From Auanema rhodensis (taxonomy: Eukaryota; Animalia; Nematoda): a stretch of DNA of 64,000 nucleotides. Both the position numbers and the translations under genes were made by a program. A model generated the notes under the pieces. It was not told where the DNA came from, did no database searches, and saw only the letters and a list, made by a program, of their open reading frames with translations. Where the stretch lies: NCBI GenBank assembly GCA_964057225.1, contig OZ059897.1, positions 22,196,001 to 22,260,000 on the forward strand, read 5' to 3'. This document shows positions 54,001 through 64,000 of the stretch, in pieces; position 1 is the first letter of the stretch; every line of letters begins with the position of its first letter.

Positions 54001-57000
54001 ATTAGTCTAAAAACAAATTTTTATTGATATTGGTTCATGGTAACCATGACTTTGAAATTTACGTGAACTTTAATTTATGCTAATTAAATGTACACGTGAT
54101 GTGCACTTGGTATGTAACTCGCTTCACGTGAAAGATAAAGAGATGCGGTTTTCAAAATTAGATTCCCCATGTCCATATTAGTCTAAAAACAAATTTTTAT
54201 TGATATTGGTGCATGGTAACCATGACTTTGAAATTTACGTGAACTTTAATTTATGCTAATTAAATGTACACGTGATGTGCACTTGGTATGTAACTCGCTT
54301 CACGTGAAAGATAAAGAGATGCGGTTTTCAAAATTAGATTCCCCATGTCCATATTAGTCTAAAAACAAATTTTTATTGATATTGGTTCATGGTAACCATG
54401 ACTTTGAAATTTACGTGAACTTTAATTTATGCTAATTAAATGTACACGTGATGTGCACTTGGTATGTAACTCGCTTCACGTGAAAGATAAAGAGATGCGG
54501 TTTTCAAAATTAGATTCCCCATGTCCATATTAGTCTAAAAACAAATTTTTATTGATATTGGTGCATGGTAACCATGACTTTGAAATTTACGTGAACTTTA
54601 ATTTATGCTAATTAAATGTACACGTGATGTGCACTTGGTATGTAACTCGCTTCACGTGAAAGATAAAGAGATGCGGTTTTCAAAATTAGATTCCCCATGT
54701 CCATATTAGTCTAAAAACAAATTTTTATTGATATTGGTGCATGGTAACCATGACTTTGAAATTTACGTGAACTTTAATTTATGCTAATTAAATGTACACG
54801 TGATGTGCACTTGGTATGTAACTTGCTTCACGTGAAAGATAAAGAGATGCGGTTTTCAAAATTAGATTCCCCATGTCCATATTAGTCTAAAAACAAATTT
54901 TGATTGATATTGGTGCATGGTAACCATGACTTTGAAATTTACGTGAACTTTAATTTATGCTAATTAAATGTACACGTGATGTGCACTTGGTATGTAACTC
55001 GCTTCACGTGAAAGATAACGAGATGCGGTTTTCAAAATTAGATTCCCCATGTCCATATTAGTCTAAAAACAAATTTTTATTGATATTGGTTCATGGTAAC
55101 CATGACTTTGAAATTTACGTGAACTTTAATTTATGCTAATTAAATGTACACGTGATGGGCACTTGGTATGTAACTCGCTTCACGTGAAAGATAAAGAGAT
55201 GCGGTTTTCAAAATTAGATTCCCCATGTCCATATTAGTCTAAAAACAAATTTTTATTGATATTGGTTCATGGTAACCATGACTTTGAAATTTACGTGAAC
55301 TTTAATTTATGCTAATTAAATGTACACGTGATGTGCACTTGGTATGTAACTCGCTTCACGTGAAAGATAAAGAGATGCGGTTTTCAAAATTAGATTCCCC
55401 ATGTCCATATTAGTCTAAAAACAAATTTTTATTGATATTGGTTCATGGTAACCATGACTTTGAAATTTACGTGAACTTTAATTTATGCTAATTAAATGTA
55501 CACGTGATGTGCACTTGGTATGTAACTCGCTTCACGTGAAAGATAAAGAGATGCGGTTTTCAAAATTAGATTCCCCATGTCCATATTAGTCTAAAAACAA
55601 ATTTTTATTGATATTGGTGCATGGTAACCATGACTTTGAAATTTACGTGAACTTTAATTTATGCTAATTAAATGTACACGTGATGTGCACTTGGTATGTA
55701 ACTCGCTTCACGTGAAAGATAAAGAGATGCGGTTTTCAAAATTAGATTCCCCATGTCCATATTAGTTTAAAAACAAATTTTTATTGATATTGGTGCATGG
55801 TAACCATGACTTTGAAATTTACGTGAACTTTAATTTATGCTAATTAAATGTACACGTGATGTGCACTTGGTATGTAACTCGCTTCACGTGAAAGATAAAG
55901 AGATGCGGTTTTCAAAATTAGATTCCCCATGTCCATATTAGTCTAAAAACAAAATTTGATTGATATTGGTGCATGGTAACCATGACTTTGAAATTTACGT
56001 GAACTTTAATTTATGCTAATTAAATATACACGTGATGTGCACTTGGTATGTAACTCGCTTCACGTGAAAGATAAAGAGATGCGGTTTTCAAAATTAGATT
56101 CCCCATGTCCATATTAGTCTAAAAACAAATTTTTATTGATATTGGTGAATGGTAACCATGACTTTGAAATTTACGTGAACTTTAATTTATGCTAATTAAA
56201 TGTACACGTGATGTGCACTTGGTATGTAACTCGCTTCACGTGAAAGATAAAGAGATGCGGTTTTCAAAATTAGATTCCCCATGTCCATATTAGTCTAAAA
56301 ACAAATTTTTATTGATATTGGTGCATGGTAACCATGACTTTGAAATTTACGTGAACTTTAATTTATGCTAATTAAATGTACACGTGATGTGCACTTGGTA
56401 TGTAACTCGCTTCACGTGAAAGATAAAGAGATACGGTTTTCAAAATTAGATTCCCCATGTCCATATTAGTCTAAAAACAAATTTTTATTGATATTGGTGC
56501 ATGGTAACCATGACTTTGAAATTTACGTGAACTTTAATTTATGCTAATTAAATGTACACGTGATGTGCACTTGGTATGTAACTCGCTTCACGTGAAAGAT
56601 AAAGAGATGCGGTTTTCAAAATTAGATTCCCCATGTCCATATTAGTTTAAAAACAAATTTTTATTGATATTGGTTCATGGTAACCATGACTTTGAAATTT
56701 ACGTGAACTTTAATTTATGCTAATTAAATGTACACGTGATGTGCACTTGGTATGTAACTCGCTTCACGTGAAAGATAAAGAGATGCGGTTTTCAAAATTA
56801 GATTCCCCATGTCCATATTAGTCTAAAAACAAATTTTTATTGATATTGGTGCATGGTAACCATGACTTTGAAATTTACGTGAACTTTAATTTATGCTAAT
56901 TAAATGTACACGTGATGTGCACTTGGTATGTAACTCGCTTCACGTGAAAGATAAAGAGATGCGGTTTTCAAAATTAGATTCCCCATGTCCATATTAGTCT

Positions 57001-60000
57001 AAAAACAAATTTTTATTGATATTGGTTCATGGTAACCATGACTTTGAAATTTACGTGAACTTTAATTTATGCTAATTAAATGTACACGTGATGTGCACTT
57101 GGTATGTAACTCGCTTCACGTGAAAGATAAAGAGATGCGGTTTTCAAAATTAGATTCCCCATGTCCATATTAGTCTAAAAACAAATTTTTATTGATATTG
57201 GTTCATGGTAACCATGACTTTGAAATTTACGTGAACTTTAATTTATGCTAATTAAATGTACACGTGATGTGCACTTGGTATGTAACTCGCTTCACGTGAA
57301 AGATAAAGAGATGCGGTTTTCAAAATTAGATTCCCCATGTCCATATTAGTCTAAAAACAAATTTTTATTGATATTGGTTCATGGTAACTATGACTTTGAA
57401 ATTTACGTGAACTTTAATTTATGCTAATTAAATGTACACGTGATGTGCACTTGGTATGTAACTCGCTTCACGTGAAAGATAGAGAGATGCGGTTTTCAAA
57501 ATTAGATTCCCCATGTCCATATTAGTCTAAAAACAAATTTTTATCAATATTGGTTCATGGTAACCATGACTTTGAAATTTACGTGAACTTTAATTTATGC
57601 TAATTAAATGTACACGTGATGTGCACTTGGTATGTAACTCGCTTCACGTGAAAGATAAAGAGATGCTGTTTTCAAAATTAGATTCCCCATGTCCATATTA
57701 GTCTAAAAACAAATTTTTATTGATATTGGTGCATGGTAACCATGACTTTGAAATTTACGTGAACTTTAATTTATGCTAATTAAATGTACACGTGATGTGC
57801 ACTTGGTATGTAACTCGCTTCACGTGAAAGATAAAGAGATGCGGTTTTCAAAATTAGATTCCCCATGTCCATATTAGTTTAAAAACAAATTTTTATTGAT
57901 ATTGGTGCTTGGTAACCATGACTTTGAAATTTACGTGAACTTTAATTTATGCTAATTAAATGTACACGTGATGTGCACTTGGTATGTAACTCGCTTCACG
58001 TGAAAGATAAAGAGATGCGGTTTTCAAAATTAGATTCCCCATGTCCATATTAGTCTAAAAACAAATTTTTATTGATATTGGTGCATGGTAACCATGACTT
58101 TGAAATTTACGTGAACTTTAATTTATGCTAATTAAATGTACACGTGATGTGCACTTGGTATGTAACTCGCTTCACGTGAAAGATGAAGAGATGCTGTTTT
58201 CAAAATTAGATTCCCCATGTCCATATTAGTCTAAAAACAAAATTTGATTGATATTGGTGCATGGTAACCATGACTTTGAAATTTACGTGAACTTTAATTT
58301 ATGCTAATTAAATGTACACGTGATGTGCACTTGGTATGTAACTCGCTTCACGTGAAAGATGAAGAGATGCTGTTTTCAAAATTAGATTCCCCATGTCCAT
58401 ATTAGTCTAAAAACAAAATTTGATTGATATTGGTGCATGGTAACCATGACTTTGAAATTTACGTGAACTTTAATTTATGCTAATTAAATATACACGTGAT
58501 GTGCACTTGGTATGTAACTCGCTTCACGTGAAAGATAAAGAGATGCGGTTTTCAAAATTAGATTCCCCATGTCCATATTAGTCTAAAAACAAATTTTTAT
58601 TGATATTGGTGAATGGTAACCATGACTTTGAAATTTACGTGAACTTTAATTTATGCTAATTAAATGTACACGTGATGTGCACTTGGTATGTAACTCGCTT
58701 CACGTGAAAGATGAAGAGATGCGGTTTTCAAAATTAGATTCCCCATGTCCATATTAGTCTAAAAACAAATTTTTATTGATATTGGTGCATGGTAACCATG
58801 ACTTTGAAATTTACGTGAACTTTAATTTATGCTAATTAAATGTACACGTGATGTGCACTTGGTATGTAACTCGCTTCACGTGAAAGATAAAGAGATGCGG
58901 TTTTCAAAATTAGATTCCCCATGTCCATATTAGTCTAAAAACAAATTTTTATTGATATTGGTTCATGGTAACCATGACTTTGAAATTTACGTGAACTTTA
59001 ATTTATGCTAATTAAATGTACACGTGATGTGCACTTGGTATGTAACTCGCTTCACGTGAAAGATAAAGAGATGCGGTTTTCAAAATTAGATTCCCCATGT
59101 CCATATTAGTCTAAAAACAAATTTTTATTGATATTGGTGCATGGTAACCATGACTTTGAAATTTACGTGAACTTTAATTTATGCTAATTAAATGTACACG
59201 TGATGTGCACTTGGTATGTAACTCGCTTCACGTGAAAGATAAAGAGATGCGGTTTTCAAAATTAGATTCCCCATGTCCATATTAGTCTAAAAACAAATTT
59301 TTATTGATATTGGTTCATGGTAACCATGACTTTGAAATTTACGTGAACTTTAATTTATGCTAATTAAATGTACACGTGATGTGCACTTGGTATGTAACTC
59401 GCTTCACGTGAAAGATAAAGAGATGCGGTTTTCAAAATTAGATTCCCCATGTCCATATTAGTCTAAAAACAAATTTTTATTGATATTGGTTCATGGTAAC
59501 CATGACTTTGAAATTTACGTGAACTTTAATTTATGCTAATTAAATGTACACGTGATGTGCACTTGGTATGTAACTCGCTTCACGTGAAAGATAAAGAGAT
59601 GCGGTTTTCAAAATTAGATCCCCCATGTCCATATTAGTCTAAAAACAAATTTTTATTGATATTGGTGCATGGTAACCATGACTTTGAAATTTACGTGAAC
59701 TTTAATTTATGCTAATTAAATGTACACGTGATGTGCACTTGGTATGTAACTCGCTTCACGTGAAAGATAAAGAGATGCGGTTTTCAAAATTAGATTCCCC
59801 ATGTCCATATTAGTCTAAAAACAAATTTTTATTGATATTGCTTCATGGTAACCATGACTTTGAAATTTACGTGAACTTTAATTTATGCTAATTAAATGTA
59901 CACGTGATGTGCACTTGGTATGTAACTCGCTTCACGTGAAAGATAAAGAGATGCGGTTTTCAAAATTAGATTTCCCATGTCCATATTAGTCTAAAAACAA

Positions 60001-61644
60001 ATTTTTATTGATATTGGTTCATGGTAACCATGACTTTGAAATTTACGTGAACTTTAATTTATGCTAATTAAATGTACACGTGATGTGCACTTGGTATGTA
60101 ACTCGCTTCACGTGAAAGATAAAGAGATGCGGTTTTCAAAATTAGATTCCCCATGTCCATATTAGTTTAAAAACAAATTTTTATTGATATTGGTTCATGG
60201 TAACCATGACTTTGAAATTTACGTGAATTTTAATTTATGCTAATTAAATGTACACGTGATGTGCACTTGGTATGTAACTCGCTTCACGTGAAAGATAAAG
60301 AGATGCGGTTTTCAAAATTAGATTCCCCATGTCCATATTAGTCTAAAAACAAATTTTTATTGATATTGGTGCATGGTAACCATGACTTTGAAATTTACGT
60401 GAACTTTAATTTATGCTAATTAAATGTACACGTGATGTGCACTTGGTATGTAACTCGCTTCACGTGAAAGATAAAGAGATGCGGTTTTCAAAATTAGATT
60501 CCCCATGTCCATATTAGTCTAAAAACAAATTTTTATTGATATTGGTTCATGGTAACCATGACTTTGAAATTTACGTGAACTTTAATTTATGCTAATTAAA
60601 TGTACACGTGATGTGCACTTGGTATGTAACTCGCTTCACGTGAAAGATAAAGAGATGCGGTTTTCAAAATTAGATTCCCCATGTCCATATTAGTCTAAAA
60701 ACAAATTTTTATTGATATTGGTTCATGGTAACTATGACTTTGAAATTTACGTGAACTTTAATTTATGCTAATTAAATGTACACGTGATGTGCACTTGGTA
60801 TGTAACTCGCTTCACGTGAAAGATAAAGAGATGCGGTTTTCAAAATTAGATTCCCCATGTCCATATTAGTCTAAAAACAAATTTTTATTGATATTGGTTC
60901 ATGGTAACTATGACTTTGAAATTTACGTGAACTTTAATTTATGCTAATTAAATGTACACGTGATGTGCACTAGGTATGTAACTCGCTTCACGTGAAAGAT
61001 AAAGAGATGCGGTTTTCAAAATTAGATTCCCCATGTCCATATTAGTCTAAAAACAAATTTTTATTGATATTGGTGCATGGTAACCATGACTTTGAAATTT
61101 ACGTGAACTTTAATTTATGCTAATTAAATGTACACGTGATGTGCACTTGGTATGTAACTCGCTTCACGTGAAAGATAAAGAGATGCGGTTTTCAAAATTA
61201 GATTCCCCATGTCCATATTAGTCTAAAAACAAATTTTTATTGATATTGGTGCATGGTAACCATGACTTTGAAATTTACGTGAACTTTAATTTATGCTAAT
61301 TAAATGTACACGTGATGTGCACTTGGTATGTAACTCGCTTCACGTGAAAGATAAAGAGATGCGGTTTTCAAAATTAGATTCCCCATGTCCATATTAGTCT
61401 AAAAACAAATTTTTATTGATATTGGTGCATGGTAACCATAACTTTGAAATTTACGTGAACTTTAATTTATGCTAATTAAATGTACACGTGATGTGCACTT
61501 GGTATGTAACTCGCTTCACGTGAAAGATGAAGAGATGCTGTTTTCAAAATTAGATTCCCCATGTCCATATTAGTCTAAAAACAAAATTTTATTGATATTG
61601 GTGCATGGTAACCATGACTTTGAAATTTACGTGAACTTTAATTT

Positions 61645-62700
61645 ATGCTAATTAAATGTACACGTGATGTGCACTTGGTATGTAACTCGCTTCACGTGAA
61701 AGATAAAGAGATGCGGTTTTCAAAATTAGATTCCCCATGTCCATATTAGTCTAAAAACAAATTTTTATTGATATTGGTGAATGGTAACCATGACTTTGAA
61801 ATTTACGTGAACTTTAATTTATGCTAATTAAATGTACACGTGATGTGCACTTGGTATGTAACTCGCTTCACGTGAAAGATGAAGAGATGCGGTTTTCAAA
61901 ATTAGATTCCCCATGTCCATATTAGTCTAAAAACAAATTTTTATTGATATTGGTGCATGGTAACCATGACTTTGAAATTTACGTGAACTTTAATTTATGC
62001 TAATTAAATGTACACGTGATGTGCACTTGGTATGTAACTCGCTTCACGTGAAAGATAAAGAGATGCGGTTTTCAAAATTAGATTCCCCATGTCCATATTA
62101 GTCTAAAAACAAATTTTTATTGATATTGGTGAATGGTAACCATGACTTTGAAATTTACGTGAACTTTAATTTATGCTAATTAAATGTACACGTGATGTGC
62201 ACTTGGTATGTAACTCGCTTCACGTGAAAGATGAAGAGATGCGGTTTTCAAAATTAGATTCCCCATGTCCATATTAGTCTAAAAACAAATTTTTATTGAT
62301 ATTGGTGCATGGTAACCATGACTTTGAAATTTACGTGAACTTTAATTTATGCTAATTAAATGTACACGTGATGTGCACTTGGTATGTAACTCGCTTCACG
62401 TGAAAGATAAAGAGATGCGGTTTTCAAAATTAGATTCCCCATGTCCATATTAGTCTAAAAACAAATTTTTATTGATATTGGTGAATGGTAACCATGACTT
62501 TGAAATTTACGTGAACTTTAATTTATGCTAATTAAATGTACACGTGATGTGCACTTGGTATGTAACTCGCTTCACGTGAAAGATGAAGAGATGCGGTTTT
62601 CAAAATTAGATTCCCCATGTCCATATTAGTCTAAAAACAAATTTTTATTGATATTGGTGCATGGTAACCATGACTTTGAAATTTACGTGAACTTTAATTT
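61645..62700. repeat. Dimer (352-bp) repeated three times
   Basis: A gtgaatgg monomer (variant at 61780, 62132, 62484) alternates with a gatgaag monomer. Confidence 0.85.
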
Positions 62701-64000
62701 ATGCTAATTAAATGTACACGTGATGTGCACTTGGTATGTAACTCGCTTCACGTGAAAGATAAAGAGATGCGGTTTTCAAAATTAGATTCCCCATGTCCAT
62801 ATTAGTCTAAAAACAAATTTTTATTGATATTGGTTCATGGTAACCATGACTTTGAAATTTACGTGAACTTTAATTTATGCTAATTAAATGTACACGTGAT
62901 GTGCACTTGGTATGTAACTCGCTTCACGTGAAAGATAAAGAGATGCGGTTTTCAAAATTAGATTCCCCATGTCCATATTAGTCTAAAAACAAATTTTTAT
63001 TGATATTGGTTCATGGTAACCATGACTTTGAAATTTACGTGAACTTTAATTTATGCTAATTAAATGTACACGTGATGTGCACTTGGTATGTAACTCGCTT
63101 CACGTGAAAGATAAAGAGATGCGGTTTTCAAAATTAGATCCCCCATGTCCATATTAGTCTAAAAACAAATTTTTATTGATATTGGTGCATGGTAACCATG
63201 ACTTTGAAATTTACGTGAACTTTAATTTATGCTAATTAAATGTACACGTGATGTGCACTTGGTATGTAACTCGCTTCACGTGAAAGATAAAGAGATGCGG
63301 TTTTCAAAATTAGATTCCCCATGTCCATATTAGTCTAAAAACAAATTTTTATTGATATTGCTTCATGGTAACCATGACTTTGAAATTTACGTGAACTTTA
63401 ATTTATGCTAATTAAATGTACACGTGATGTGCACTTGGTATGTAACTCGCTTCACGTGAAAGATAAAGAGATGCGGTTTTCAAAATTAGATTTCCCATGT
63501 CCATATTAGTCTAAAAACAAATTTTTATTGATATTGGTTCATGGTAACCATGACTTTGAAATTTACGTGAACTTTAATTTATGCTAATTGAATGTACACG
63601 TGATGTGCACTTGGTATGTAACTCGCTTCACGTGAAAGATAAAGAGATGCGGTTTTCAAAATTAGATTCCCCATGTCCATATTAGTCTAAAAACAAATTT
63701 TTATTGATATTGGTTCATGGTAACCATGACTTTGAAATTTACGTGAACTTTAATTTATGCTAATTAAATGTACACGTGATGTGCACTTGGTATGTAACTC
63801 GCTTCACGTGAAAGATAAAGAGATGCGGTTTTCAAAATTAGATCCCCCATGTCCATATTAGTCTAAAAACAAATTTTTATTGATATTGGTGCATGGTAAC
63901 CATGACTTTGAAATTTACGTGAACTTTAATTTATGCTAATTAAATGTACACGTGATGTGCACTTGGTATGTAACTCGCTTCACGTGAAAGATAAAGAGAT

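Larger units (their letters stand above)
2509..64000. repeat. 176-bp tandem satellite array, 349 complete monomers plus a 68-bp partial, continuing past the window end
   Basis: Consensus: atgctaattaaatgtacacgtgatgtgcacttggtatgtaactcgcttcacgtgaaagataaagagatgcggttttcaaaattagattccccatgtccatattagtctaaaaacaaatttttattgatattggt[g/t]catggtaaccatgactttgaaatttacgtgaactttaattt. Monomers start at 2509+176n (checked at 4621, 8845, 39117, 63933). Typically 0-4 substitutions per monomer; about 32% GC. Confidence 0.99.

Noticed and set aside
2509-64000. CRISPR array or repeat-spacer system
   Set aside because: There are no unique spacers; the whole 176-bp unit repeats. No cas genes are present and the context is a eukaryotic LINE.
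2509-64000. Definitive centromere call or identity with alpha satellite / CEN178
   Set aside because: Only the monomer length is similar. I recognise no sequence similarity or CENP-B box, and centromere function cannot be read from sequence, especially if the host is holocentric.
2509-64000. Tandem RNA genes (5S rRNA, tRNA, SL RNA, snRNA) or telomeric repeats
   Set aside because: I could not recognise Pol III A/B boxes, a spliced-leader sequence, an rRNA-like segment or telomeric hexamer runs on either strand of the monomer.

Overview
Eukaryotic genomic window with two components. (1) Positions 1-2508 hold the 5' part of an apparently intact, full-length CR1-like non-LTR retrotransposon (LINE) on the minus strand: a U-rich, G-poor 5' UTR, a 351-aa ORF1, and an ORF2 that encodes an APE endonuclease and linker and runs off the left edge before the RT domain. 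The supplied ORF track misses ORF2. ORF1 motifs resemble nematode CR1-type elements, but the host assignment is an inference. (2) Positions 2509-64000 are a highly homogeneous 176-bp tandem satellite (about 32% GC; 349 full monomers plus 68 bp, continuing past the window). It shows no net indels, has many local higher-order duplications (2- to 13-mers), and each monomer carries E-box (CACGTG) and other palindromic motifs. The most notable observation is that ORF2 has no AUG until deep inside the endonuclease domain. It overlaps ORF1 by 41 nt in the +1 frame, and ORF1 ends UUU_CGU_UAA. UUU_CGU/UUU_CGN is the +1 ribosomal frameshift motif known from influenza PA-X and amalgaviruses, so an ORF1-ORF2 fusion made by +1 frameshifting is a candidate mechanism. 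All translations and variant maps were done by hand, and the 60-aa satellite ORFs are treated as artefacts.
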